Positions 14,052 to 28,324 of a stretch of DNA of 64,000 bases are shown here, in pieces. The stretch's first letter is position 1; every line of letters begins with the position of its first letter. The position numbers and the translations under genes are program-made. Origin of the DNA: Octopus sinensis (lineage: Eukaryota); NCBI RefSeq assembly GCF_006345805.1, contig NC_043003.1, positions 34,162,001 to 34,226,000 on the forward strand, given 5' to 3'. The notes beneath the pieces are model-generated. The model saw nothing but the letters and a program-made list of their open reading frames with translations. It was not told the DNA's origin and searched no databases.

Positions 14052-14781
14052 TATGAAGACATATATAACAGCATAAGATTCCTTAAGACCTACACCACAT
14101 CCATTCAAGTACAGAAATACGCACACAGAACGAACACACTAAACAGTATACATTAACCAAAAGGTAAACACGCATTAAAATTCATGCTCTTCTATTCATT
14201 CTCATATGCTTATCCTTCTTCTTCATCCTTTTTCTCGATTCCTTCATTTTATTTTGAAGTTTACATTTTTCCCCTTTGCCCCACTCCGTCAAGTGTGAAA
14301 TATCTATAAACATTCCTTTAGCTTTTCCTTTCAAAATAACAACAGCTCTTTGTGTGTCTTTCTATGTCTCTCTGTCTCTGTCTACCTGTCTGTTTAGCTG
14401 TTTCTCTCTCTCTCTCTCTCCCTCTCTCTCTCTCTAATTATCTCTCTTTCATTTTCATAAGCGCTATTAATATAAATATTTCTACCACCCTCCCTGACTT
14501 TTATTTTAGCGTACCCGTAAGCGACAGGTAGGCTATACATACATACATGCATACATGCATATATGTATATATATATATATATATAATGTATGTTTGTATA
14601 TATATATATACACATACACATACACACTCGTATGTATATATATATATATGAGCATAATTATGTTTGCATGCGTGTTTATAAGTATATGTATAACGAGAGT
14701 CAGTGCAATACAGTTTAAATAGTTTCCCTACATTTCTACACATCCTTGTTTTTTACTATCTTTCTATTAGTCTTCGTCTCA

Positions 14782-14812
<31 letters not shown>

Positions 14813-15785
14813 CCTTCTTTTCTTCCCTTGCATCACATTTATGATCATTAACAACCACACACACACACACACACATGTGAATATGTGCGTTTGCGTAAGT
14901 CTGTATGTACGTGTGTATGCGTGAGTGTGTGGTATGGTGGGGGAGGCGCACGCGCATCAGCACAAATTTTCCAGAGCAACACTCCCTACCTAGCCCCCCA
15001 CCCCACCACCAAAACCCCACCCAGCTGTCGCACGCAGTTTCAGCTTTATGCAACATGGTACGCGGTTTGTTTATTTTCCGTTTCACACCTTAATAATAAT
15101 AAATATTCCTCCACCTACTTTACCATCTTTGCTGTCACTATTACCATAACTACAGCAATCACAACCACCACCACCACCATGGCTCTATCACTATCACTAT
15201 CACTAACTGCACAACCACACCTACAAACAGCTCTCCCACAGCAACTAACTACCTCCCATATATATATATATTGTTACGCTGTGCTTTTGACATTTGAAAT
15301 ATTCCAATTTGGAGATTGACTAGCTGTTAATCTTGTGTGAGTTTGTCACCTGAAATGTTGGTTGTTAGCGACAACAAAGTTGGAGTATGGCGGTGGAATG
15401 GGGGGAGAGGCGGTGTTGGGGATTGGGGGGGGGGGGGGAGATGCTATTTTTGAACATTAGGCTGGCATTAAATAATATATAAATACATAAACTACAAGCT
15501 TTTTTCATAAAATGTGTATGTTGTTGTTGTTTGATTCTCTCTGTGTGTATAAGCACACACACATACGCACACTCACACAGACACACATATTCCTACAGAC
15601 ACATACGGATACATATATACACATATATGCATATATATATATATATGGAGATGTACTTGCATAGCAAGTGACTTGATCTGAGATCGTGTGCTGGAACAAA
15701 AACAATTACAGCTTCGCGGTTTCATTGCCCTTCGCCCTATAGGCTTATTCGCTGCTAGCATGCACACGCTGCAATTATTACACAG

Positions 15786-15856
<71 letters not shown>

Positions 15857-17206
15857 ATATATGCGTATATAATATATCTATATATATATACTTATATATG
15901 GACAATCATATGTACATATATATATATATATATCTATGCATACATATACATATATACCTACATATACATATACATATATATTACGTACATATAAATGCAC
16001 ACATATACATACATACATATATACATATATACTTAGAATTATCTCTCCCCATGTGTATGTGCGTGCTTTTGTTTGTATTTGTTCGTGTGTGTGTGTGATT
16101 GTGTGTGTTTGTGTGTGTGTGGTGTCCACCTCTGATCAACGCACTAGCCAATATAACTACACTTTTCAAACTAGAAAACTAGAATATATCGGCTCACTGG
16201 AATATAACGTTTTCCTTGCAGCCAGCCATCAAATAATAATTGTTCAAAAAGAATATCAGTCGCATATATCTTAGCGGTCTCGGAGAGCCTTGCACGCATA
16301 TGGGCATAATTTTTTTTTCTGGAGACCAAATCAAGAAACACACACACACACACACACCACACACACACACACACATACACACACACACACACACACAGAT
16401 GACCAAACAGATAAATATAAATATCTAGAGGTATAATTACATAAATATATGTTAATAAATATGTTAATAAACATGTTTGTAAATATTCACGATCAGTATT
16501 TAAAATCTTTCGTTTCTCCATAGGCTCAAAATGGAGTCAACTCCGTTTGTGTTTTCTTTAGATCTGCTCTGTTTTCCATAATTTTCATAAAAATTTAAAG
16601 AAGCATATTTTAAAAATGGTAAATCTTTCTCTATTCAGATGTTTTTCACATCACCGCATAGACTCACAGCATCTTCACGTAGGAGAAGCAGAATTTTAAG
16701 GGACTAAAGTTTGGCATGTATATGCATGTGTCTATGGATATATATATATATATATGCTTCTGTGAACGAACGAGTGTGCACGCTCGTCTAATGCGTATGT
16801 GTGATTGCATGTGTGTATATGTGTGTGCGAGCGAGAGCGCGTGTGTATATTTTTACAGAGATAGTAAAATGAAGACAGTGACGCGTTGAGCCGGTATTTA
16901 AAAATGTACTTTCACTTTTCTTTTGCTTTCATGGTAAGTTATCAATAGCAGTGTTTGAAGAATTTGAAAGAGATGAAAGGCACAAGAATACAAAAGCAGG
17001 CTCTATAAGAGAAATAAATGCAGATGTAAAGGAATGTGAACGATATATGCAATGCATACGATGTATACATACACACTAGCACACGCACGCACATACACAC
17101 ACATACACACACATGCACACACACACACATATATATATAAGAGTGTGTGTGTACTCACTCTTATATGTGCATTTAGATATATATATATTTATATATATAT
17201 ATATAT

Positions 17207-17740
17207 ACGCGCATTTATATAGATATATATATATATATATATGTATGTATAAATATATACAAATACATGCATAATTCACAAATTCTTATATATGTGCATG
17301 TATATATGCGTGTGTTTGTGCGCATGTGTGTGTTGGTAGGTATTTATGTATGCATGTATGCACACGCACACACAGATGTTGTTGTTGGTGGTGATGTTGC
17401 TGTTGTTGCGCAAAGCCAGTCCTAATGGTGTAGACCTATGATGAACGATATTCGAACCGTGACCAGCTTGTCTGTTTTTCTATGAGATGGGAAACCAGGG
17501 CTACATATTGCAGCATCTCTTTTTAAGATGGAAGAAAGCGATTTGAGAAAGATAGTTTAGTTACTACTTCCTGTGGGCCGAACGATTTCATTACTATATT
17601 GTGGACTTAATATACACATACATACAACATTTACTCCACCCCCACCCTGCATGTATATATACACGCCAGTGAAACCGGGAAACAGGCGCTATGCTCCTTA
17701 CAGAGCAATGGAGCAATGTGGTCTAACGATATATATATAC

Positions 17741-17795
<55 letters not shown>

Positions 17796-18343
17796 ATATA
17801 TACGCGCATTATATAGATATATATATATATATTATATATATATATGTATGTATAAATATATACAAATACATGCATAATTCACAAATTCTTATATATGTGC
17901 ATGTATATATGCGTGTGTTTGTGCGCATGTGTGTGTTGGTAGGTATTTATGTATGCATGTATGCACACGCACACACAGATGTTGTTGTTGGTGGTGATGT
18001 TGCTGTTGTTGCGCAAAGCCAGTCCTAATGGTGTAGACCTATGATGAACGATATTCGAACCGTGACCAGCTTGTCTGTTTTTCTATGAGATGGGAAACCA
18101 GGGCTACATATTGCAGCATCTCTTTTTAAGATGGAAGAAAGCGATTTGAGAAAGATAGTTTAGTTACTACTTCCTGTGGGCCGAACGATTTCATTACTAT
18201 ATTGTGGACTTAATATACACATACATACAACATTTACTCCACCCCCACCCTGCATGTATATATACACGCCAGTGAAACCGGGAAACAGGCGCTATGCTCC
18301 TTACAGAGCAATGGAGCAATGTGGTCTAACGATATATATATAC

Positions 18344-18380
<37 letters not shown>
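17207..18380. repeat. Tandem duplication, period ~603 bp, includes a family C copy
   Basis: 17207-17730 is repeated at 17802-18333; the non-microsatellite part appears identical (see ORFs 17573 and 18176 with the same N-terminus). Confidence 0.93.
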
Positions 18381-18386
<6 letters not shown>

Positions 18387-18565
18387 TTATTTTTATTCTT
18401 TCATTTGATTAAGCTACGTGGCTGCGGTCATGCTATGTATACGCATATATTATAATTCCTGCTTTAAGCAAACATTTTCAGTGTTAGTTCAGATTCAGAA
18501 TGATGCCTATGGACGAGTAGAGTCAACTCTAGACTGACTGGAATTGATATATATACATATATATA

Positions 18566-18598
<33 letters not shown>

Positions 18599-18599
18599 A

Positions 18600-19390
18600 G
18601 TCAAAATTATTCATATGGATGGCATGAAAAGCAGTGATGCAAAATTAAGAAAATTTAGAAAAGCAGTGCAGATGCATTTGGGTTATATTTCACTTGTAAA
18701 AATCATCTTCCCTACAGTTTGCCATGAAGATAAATTTTCGCTTTTAGCAAAAGGTATTAAAAATCCCAAAGTTTGTTAACACCTTTTGCTAATGGAAAAT
18801 AAATGCATGGATTAAGGGCTCAAAACTAAAGAGAACAACATCCTAGAGTTTTCAGTAAACTTATCACGAAGTTAGATTATTGTACTACAACAAAAACCTG
18901 GAAGAAAAGCCATTGGCATACAAAAAGAAGTAAATGGTTAGCCATGCTTATAGGGACAGGAATTATGACTTTCCTTCGAAGATTTTGCTTTTGAAATCCA
19001 AGGAAGGAGAAAACTACACAATACACACTGAAGTAAAGAATTTGCAGCATTTAAACCACTAAGAGGTGACCGAAACTCAATTATCTCACATTTTGTCGAG
19101 TATATTACGCTTGTGAATACAACTGCCGAAAACGTCATTTAGGTACTTGCTTTTAATGTGGTACGATGATGTAGCTAGAATAGTATACAATGCCTTCCTT
19201 AGTGTATATAGATTGCTCTGAGATAAATATGGAAAATATTTCTGTTATATGTAGTAAGTATTAAAGTATCTAACATTACTGGGACATTCCCATTAGATTT
19301 TCCGTGAAATGCAAATTTAAGTAGTCTGATATAGTTGCTTGAGACAGAAAAGGAAAATTTCGCACTAAAGTATCGCCAACTACTCTCTAG
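18600..19390 (+). pseudogene. Decayed 3' end of an RLE-type non-LTR retrotransposon (R2/R4/NeSL-like)
   Basis: Frameshifted fragments in the expected order: SFEDFAFEIQ (18972), ETQLSHILSS...RYLLLMWYDDVARIVYNA (19072-19194; zinc-knuckle and RHD-V-A region), YWDIPIRFSVKCKFK*SDIVA*DRK (19277; PD-type endonuclease motif). Clade assignment is from motif recall. Confidence 0.62.
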
Positions 19391-19432
19391 GTATGAATAT
19401 TTCTTTTAACATGAGAGAGATAGAGAACATTA

Positions 19433-20042
19433 TTTACTACTGTAGGCACAAGGCCCCAAATTTTGGGGGAGGATGCCAGTCGATTAGATCGACCCAGTAC
19501 GCAACTGGTACTTAATTTATCGACCCCGAAAAGTGGAAAAGCAAAGTCGAATTCGGCGGAATTTAAACTCAGAACGTAAAGACAAACGAAATACCTATTT
19601 CTTTACTACACACAAGAGGTAAACACAGAGGGGACAAACAAGGACAGACAAAGGGATTAAGCCGATTATATCGACCCCAGTGCGTAACTGGTACTTAATT
19701 TATCGACCCAAAAGGATGAAAGGCAAAGTTGACCTTGGCGGGATTTGAACTCAGAATGTAACGGCAGACGAAATACGACTACGCATTTCGCCCGGCGTGC
19801 TAACGGTTCTTATTTCTTTATTACCCACAAGGGGCTAAATATAGGGAGGACAAACAAGGACAGACAAACGGATTAAGTCGATTATATCGACCCCAGTGTG
19901 TAACTGGTACTCAATTTATCGACCCCGAAAGGATGAAAGGCAAAGTCGACCTCGGCGGAATTTGAACTCAGAACGTAAAGACAAACGAAATACCGCTATG
20001 CATTTCTCCCGGCGTGCTAACGTTTCTGCCAACTCGCCGCCT
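19433..20042 (-). mobile_element. SINE family A head-to-tail array (3 modules)
   Basis: One complete head at 20042. Modules 19811-20042 and 19595-19810 have tail type i; 19433-19594 has tail type ii. Confidence 0.9.
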
Positions 20043-20149
20043 AGAGATAGAGAATATTGTTTAACCTTAACCCTAACGTAGCCAAATTATGGATTCACAG
20101 TTATAAATTGACATGCATTTGGATGTATAAGAAATGTCTAAGTGATAAT

Positions 20150-20572
20150 CTCGAAAGAGCGTGGTTGTTAGGCAAAGTAAGTGACAAATTATAACGCACT
20201 TTTTCACTGCATTCTGTAAGAACAATAAAAGTAAGTACGCCTTTTTCTAAAGGTCACCATGAAGCTAATGTTTTTAAGGGTCGCTGTAATTCAAATTCCT
20301 GCTACATCACTTTATTTCTCTGCAAGAAACTATTTGAAATTTTTTGGAAAACTCAAATGATGAAAAAGAAAACTCACTAACTATATATAATTCTACAAAC
20401 GCAAATGAATTTTGCCAATGCGTAGATTAACTTACAAGCACTTCCAACCGAGTAATTATGTTTGTATTTATACACGGCTTATGAATTTAATGTAATTTAC
20501 TGTGTTTAAATGAGTGTACAGTGAAAAGTTTATGAATGCTTAAATTAGGCATCGCACATGTGAACACTCACA

Positions 20573-20617
<45 letters not shown>

Positions 20618-21285
20618 TCTTTATAATTCGTTACTAGCGACATATTTTCCCAAGTAGATGCAAAATTCCTTATCATAGCGATCCGAAAGTTGGTGCCAGA
20701 CTTACAAATCATTTCGTTAGTATAAGTTTAAGTTTCTTTGATAAGCAACTTGCACAATCTTTACTGAAAACCACTCCAGCTTTCGATAGTTTCTAACAGG
20801 AAGTCATGACTAATTTTTCATAACATTTACATTGTCATCAAAGCTCACCTGTCGATTCACGCGAACAATCCCTTAGACTTTTTCGATGTTGTCATAAGCA
20901 TAGAATACGGTTAACAATCTAATCCTCTCTTGATGGAGAGAATTGCAAGATTGTTTTTGAAAGTCTATTTGATGAAGATCTGTATCAGTTAAAAATATTT
21001 TTGCTATACTGTTCTGAAGTTTTCTCTGGATTTCGAGCACTGATGCAATTTCAATCGATAGGAAATGAATCGGTGAATACTGTTCTTTTGTTGAGCGACC
21101 ATGAAGTCTCATTGACTATGGTTAACATATTAACAAAGGCTATTTAAATGACATTCCAAGTTCAAACATAAACCATAAGGACTTGCGGGAGACCTAGCCT
21201 AACGATGCGTAAGAAACTGAAATTCACTCCAATGAGGAAAAAACTGCGAGTGCTTTGCAGATAATTCATGGCTCACCTTCCGTGC
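20150..21285 (-). pseudogene. Decayed mariner (Tc1/mariner) transposase
   Basis: Minus-strand fragments in the expected order: STKEQYSPIHFLSIEIASVLEIQRKLQ (HTH), DNIEKV*GIVRVNRQV, FSKDCASCLSKKL (like KVCARWVPKQL), QLSDRYDKEFCIYLGKYVASNEL* (20621-20692, like LDRY..EG..FL.RIVTGDETW). Interrupted by (CT)n. Boundaries approximate; best support 20620-21110. Confidence 0.65.
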
Positions 21286-21628
21286 ACGCGCCAATATATA
21301 TATGTATGTGTGTTTATGTGTGTGTATGCATATGTGTGTGTGAGTTATACATATGTGTACGTGAGTGTGAATTATACGTGTGCCTGTGTGTATATATGCA
21401 TACTTACATGCACAGATGCACAAATATTCGAATGATACGTTAACAAGCCTTCACTCGAGTAATCATTGGTAAGTATATAAATACATAACACAAATATAAA
21501 TAACTAAAAGGGAATATACGCATATTACACTCTAATATCCTTATATCCCAGTATTTCTGTTTATCTCTTTCTCATTAAGAATGCATATCTGTGTGTGTGT
21601 GTGCATGTGTGTGTATGTGTGTGTGTGT

Positions 21629-21678
<50 letters not shown>

Positions 21679-23048
21679 TATGTGCGTCTGTGCTTGTGTG
21701 TGGGATTGTACAGATATGTATGAGATACTAAAAGAAAAGGAATATCCAGATGGCTATTCATTTCTTTGAAATTGCATGCGTTTGCACAAACGTGTATATA
21801 CCTATACTATATGTACTAATATACGCACACACAGATGATGATTGTTAGTGAAAATAGGAAATCGCCTTTAGTCGTTCCCAAGGTGAAAGTAACAATAAAT
21901 AAGACACTCCTAATTTCTCTAACTTTAGTAGATTTGAAACATTACAAACTGTTGGACGAAAGGTCTAATATTATTAAAGTAAGTGAAAGTACCTTCATGT
22001 TATTTATTTCCACAAACTTCAATGACAGTAGTGTGTGAATGTCTTGTAAACTATCAAAATTATTTAATACTATGCACACATATATATGTCAATATACAAA
22101 TATATATGTTCTTTCCAGGAATGTCTCGTGGATGCTACAACTTGCAATAACAAAGCTAATAGCTTAATTAGAAACGATATGAACAAGATACGTGAACTTA
22201 GAACTATAGTTCTAATGCAAAGAGAAAGAATTTGCCAAAGATGCTATAGCTGAATATGACACATCAACGTTTTGCCATGTTCTGCTAATATCTTCTTCTG
22301 TGTTTCTTTGTTAATATATCTTTAATGTAGAAGCGAAATCTTATGTGGATCATTCTGCTTACACTTGGAAAGAAGAGAAGTTTAAAAGCGCTGGCACAGC
22401 AACGAGTCTGGTTGCATGTCAAATGCGAGATATTTCAAAAACTAAATTTAATATGTCAATGAATTTGTAAATCAGTATCTAACAGGCAATAATTTGCTTT
22501 CGAAAATAACAAACAGCTACGCAGAGTCTGATTTATTTCGGGTTACCAACTGTACAAAACAAGCATCAACTATAACACAGAAGCAAATCTTACAAATCAA
22601 ATGGAATATGGCAGCAAAGTATACAACTTCATGAATGCTGACCCGGCATTGTATCAAGTTCGAGTTAGGTCTTTTCTTGGAAACTATTATATAAGTTTGT
22701 GTCTGTGAGGTAGGAGGTAAATGACCCTCTGGTCAAAAGATTCACACGTCGTCAGTAATGGTTTCATAAAGATTTCATGCTTCTTATCGGACATGCATGA
22801 ACCTAAGCTGGGAATGTCAAAAATGACTGGACCAACGTTTTCTTGACACAAGCTCGACAACCAGCGACATGCTCCAAACTATTTTGAAAGGCGGATAGTA
22901 AAGAGAATTGGCTACGATAAACTTAACTCTACTTATAGCATTAATTACAGATTAATGCTTATTTTGATCCCTAAAATTTTCAGGATAAAATTAAAATCGG
23001 ACAATGCCTTGAAGATTACTTCAATGCCTTGATTACAGCCGCTTTTGT

Positions 23049-23228
23049 AATGTGTATGTGTTGTTGAGTCTGTGTTTGCTCCCCCACTACAACCGCTTCA
23101 CAACCGGTGCTGGTGTGTTTACGGCCCTATAAATTAGTGGTTCGGCAAAAGCGGCTGATGGAATAAGTACCAGGCTTTTAAGAAATAAGTACTGGGGTCG
23201 ATACACTTAACCGAAAGTTCTTCAAGGC
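23049..23228 (+). mobile_element. SINE family B internal fragment with rearranged junctions
   Basis: Nearly identical to 28430-28608, sharing unusual variants. Confidence 0.8.
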
Positions 23229-24055
23229 ATTGATTACTTCAATACATAGTAATATTTGAGAATAAATTCATAAGGTAACTGAGCATGTAGCTAAGTGTTG
23301 AATGGTAAGCATCACTTTTCCAGTACAACTCTGATATTAACATTTCAAGATTAATGCCATTAGACGAACTGGGTTGAGAAATTCGAATTCTGTCACATCA
23401 CAATTTCAGAAAATACAAGTGAAATCGATCGACTTAACGTGGTTAAATTAGTTAATTCTAAAATCGTTTCAATAATTAAAATTAAAACCATAGTAAAAAA
23501 AATATGGCTAACTTCACTGATTAAAACTTGTCGAAAGTTTCAAGGGGGATAAATTCATAATTCGAATTAATATAAAAATGAACGACAACATGCAGAGTCT
23601 GAAGCGATTGTGATATTTAGCAATTGCAGAAACAAATCTGGACATATTTCAGGTCTTATAGCTCCTCCTCAACTATGTATAGACTAAGACGTTCTTAGTA
23701 GATTAGAGAGTACTAAAATAATGAAGATGAGTAAATAAATATTCACGAATGAGGCACTTTAATATACTTACTGAGTGAAATATTTCAGGGATGTATTCTA
23801 TATGAAAAGCATATATATATATTTTATATCAATATTTTATATCAATATTTTTTTATAAATATTTTCAATGTGCAATAATGGGGAATAACGACATAATTAT
23901 TGTTGCCTTTCTGGCTCTTTGTATCGACATCCACTGCTGTCATTCAACCTTTTTCTTTACTCCCCTATCTTTTCTGTTACATTAGATTTCTGCGCATCTT
24001 TTTAATAGTACAGTGATCTCGTATACGTGTACACACAACTTCACATAAACTCATA

Positions 24056-24088
<33 letters not shown>

Positions 24089-25148
24089 GTATATATGTGC
24101 ATATATATACTCACATACACACGCACTCGCATAATGCTTGAAAAGATAAGAATCTAACATATATGTATACAGTCATATACAAATTCATATATACTCTGTA
24201 TATAAATATATACCTGCATATACATGCACATTTTTATTAGTATATATGTCATGTATGTGTTTATAAGTATATGAATGTATAAGTATACACGTGTAAGTGC
24301 ATGAATACATATACGTATATATACTTACAAATAAGTCTGAATCGTAAATCCAATGTGCGCACACATGTATATATATGTACACATGTATGTGTGTGTATAC
24401 ACACATATACGCACACACACAACACACATACACAATACACACACAATACACATACACAATACACACACAAGCACACACGCTTACATATATAGGCTCCTGT
24501 ATGTGTGTGTCTCCGTGCGGAGATTTTCTATTTAATTTACTTTCAATTTACATATAATTATATATATATGCATATTTTTATAGTTTATTTATGCCTCTTT
24601 ACATTTAAATGTCTTTATTTTACTGGTAAGAACAGGGAGGAGGTGTGAGGGAGGGGTGTTTCTCTACGTGATGCCATGATAGTTTTATTTATTTATGTAC
24701 TATCAGAGGAGGTTTTTTGTTTGTTTGTTTGGTTTAGTTATATTTTTTTTTTCTTTTTGTAAATTATTTACTGTCATATTTTGCTGAAATTCAAGAAAAT
24801 GGGTAAAGTGCTATGATGGATAGGGTTGGGAAAAAAGAGAGCGTTAGACTTGGCGGAGAAAGAGAGAGAGAGGGAGAGAGCGAGAGAGAGAGAGAGAGTA
24901 TGAAATGAATATAAAAAGAGAAAGAAGGGCTAAGTCAACCAGGAAAGCAATGAGAAAGACGAGATCGAAGTAGTATATATTATATACATATACATATAAT
25001 ATATATATATACATATATATAATATATATATATATGTATAAATATATATATATATATAGTATAATATATTATATATATATATATATGCATATATACATAC
25101 ATAAATACTACATACATACATACATACATACATACATACATACATACA

Positions 25149-25183
<35 letters not shown>

Positions 25184-25399
25184 TTAATATGCGGGAAAGT
25201 GAAGGAGAGATGGAAATGAAAGTGAAGAAAAATCTGAATAGAAAAGTTGGGAGTGAACACATGTACAGGATACAGATGGGTGAAGAGAGGGTTGAATAAA
25301 TTAGTAGATGATAACATGGAGAGAAAATGATGGAGATAAAAGTATATTAATGTATGAGAGGGTGAGAACGTGAGAGAGAAAGGGAGTGAGAGAGACGGT

Positions 25400-25921
25400 G
25401 GAAGAAACAGAGAGAGAGAGAGACTTGGTAAAAAAGAAATAATTAGTGTCGATAAAGTGATGGGGAGATGAAGAGAAAGTTAGATAGACAGAAAGAGAAG
25501 TGAGAGAAGAGAGAGAGAGAGACGACGATGAATGTTGGGTCGAGTAAGAACTAAGATGCGGTGGAGGAGCGGAACAGGGAGCTAAAGGGAGAGTAACAGG
25601 AGCGGAGATGGAATAAAAGAAAGGAACGATGATAATAATATAAATAAAAAAAAAAAATTAAGATACTAAAGAGAAAAGAGAGAGAGGGAGAGAGAGAGAG
25701 AGAGAAAGAGATGGTGGGCATAAGAGGAGGGCAGAGATTAAGGTATTGGGAAAAGAATGGAAAGAACGAATGAAGCGTGCTGTGAGGCACCTGGGGTCGA
25801 GGTGGGAGATGCTGCGTTGCTGGAAGAGTGAAAACATAGGAATGTAAGAGGGTAGATTGGGAAAGATTGCTGATACGTATGGGCGCTGGCATTAGGTAGG
25901 GAGGAACCTAAGAAGGTAATA

Positions 25922-25956
<35 letters not shown>

Positions 25957-26349
25957 AGATGAAATCGAAGGGGTATAAAAAGAGGGAAAAAAATTATATA
26001 AGGTAGAAGGGAAAGAGAGCAATACAGAATGATAAAGAGACAAAAACAGGCACACGACTACAGCAAAGTTACCGAATGTGGGAATGGTTAGGGAATGTAG
26101 TGGAGTGGAGTGGAGTGGAGTGGAGTGGAGTGGAGTGGGATTGGTGTGTGTGTGTGTGTGTATGTGGTGTGGGTGGGTGGGGGGATGCGGAAGAATGGAT
26201 TGGAATGGAATGTGGTTGTTTGATGGGGGAGGAGTGGGTAAGAATGAGGATGGTTGCAGTGGAGAAATGCAGCGAGACGCTGGTTTGCGACTTAGGAAAA
26301 GATGATGATGATGATGATAATAATAATAATAATAATAATAAACAAACAC

Positions 26350-26380
<31 letters not shown>

Positions 26381-26525
26381 CTTATGACGACGACGATGAT
26401 GATAAAAATAGCAACGATTCTACGATGATGAAGAGGAGGATTATGGCGACGACGACGAAGGCGACAAGAGTGATGATGATGATGATGACGACGATGACGA
26501 TGACGACGATGACGACGACGACGAC

Positions 26526-26558
<33 letters not shown>

Positions 26559-27289
26559 GGTGGTTGTAGCACTAGTGGTAGAGCTGCTACTGATGGTGAT
26601 GATAATGATGCCAACGATGAATAACAATCCACCACCGCCACCACCACCATCAAAAACCACCGCCACCACCACCACCACCACCACCACCACCGCCGCCGCC
26701 ACCACCACTACCATCACCACCACCACCACCACCACCACTGCCGACACCACCAAAACGTCGTCTCGTCTATGAAATGCTAACCGACAACTGATGAAGTAAA
26801 GATAAAGTAACTGTGGGAGGCGGAAGCAAACAATATTTTAGCCAGGAGGAGTTGTGATCCGTGATGGGAAGTTAACAAACAAAACCAAGAATGGTTTACA
26901 AACATACAACACAAAGTAACGAACAAGCAAACAAACTCAGCAAGGATCAATTTATACGAAATCGACTGGAGGATGAAGAGGGAGAGAGAGAGAGAGAGAG
27001 TGTGTGAGAGAGAGAGATAGAGAGAGAAGGGTGGAGATGAGACAGTGTATTGTTGTTAAAACTATTGTCTGATGTATATTATAACTACACACGGTGGTGG
27101 TATACACATTGAGAGTTGCAATTAGAGTAAAGAATAACCAGTGAATGACTAACATATTGCTGCTGTATAACCTGTTGTTGTCGTTGTTATCGTTATTGTT
27201 GCTGTTATTGTCGTTGTCGTTGTTATTGTTATCGTTCTGGTTGATGTTGTTGCTGTGGGTGATGGTAACGGTGGTGATTATATTGGTGG

Positions 27290-27323
<34 letters not shown>

Positions 27324-27637
27324 GGTGGTGGGGTCGTCGTCGTCGTGGTAGTGGTGGTTGTGATGATGATGATGATGATGATGATGATTATGATGATGAT
27401 GATGATTATGATGATGAGGATGATGATGATGATGATGACGATGATGATGATGATGACGACGATGATGATGATGATGAGATGATGATGATGATGATGATGA
27501 TGACGACGATGATGATGATGATGATGATGATGGTGATGACAACGAAGACATTTTAAGAATGATAATAGCAATGAGTTTTGGTGTTTATAACTATGCTGTT
27601 CATTATGAAGATGACGATGACGATGATGATGATGATA

Positions 27638-27683
<46 letters not shown>

Positions 27684-27860
27684 CGACGACGATGATGATG
27701 ATGTTGACGACGACGACGACGAAGACAACGATTACGGCGGCTTCACTTTCAGATGATGACAGTAATGTAGGCTTTATGATGCTACTGGTCAAGATGATGC
27801 TGATGATGATGATTGTGAGAATGGTGTATTTGTTGTTGACGTCGTTGTTGTTGTTGTTAT
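25400..27860. repeat. Compound simple-repeat field: (GA)n, (AAAT)n, (GGAGT)n, (GT)n, (GAT)n, (GGT)n, (CCA)n, (GTT)n
   Basis: Read directly; explains the poly-M/D/T/V/S/H ORFs. Confidence 0.95.
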
Positions 27861-28079
27861 TGTTGTTTAGCCAAACTGAGATAATAGGTTAGTAAAAGAA
27901 TGCTGATGCGCTTGGCAGAGGAAATTATGTACAGAAGAGAACTTCTGGTGGGGCAGTATAAAAAAAAGCTATCACGTAATCGAGGAGATGGTATAGAAAT
28001 GTTCCAGTCTCAGTGGTGATCCTTCCACCAGTTGTTTATATTTATTTTATTCTCTTCAGTTTTAAGATTACATTGTTTG

Positions 28080-28111
<32 letters not shown>

Positions 28112-28324
28112 GGTGGTGGTGAGGATGATGATGATGATGATGATGTTGATGTTTTGGTTGTTGTATATAGTCCCGAGTCTGACAGCCTGGAAAAAGTTAT
28201 GATCGAACAGATTTCAGTGATCGCCCTTCAGTCTTCTCCCCCAAATCCATGATTACATTGTTCTATGTGCACTTCTTATGTTTAGACAGGAATGTAATAA
28301 TTTAATGGGAATTTCACTGCAATT

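Noticed and set aside
22250-22900. Possible second mariner relic on the plus strand (WKEEKFKSAG fragment)
   Set aside because: Only one loose motif; downstream signature motifs were not convincingly recoverable.
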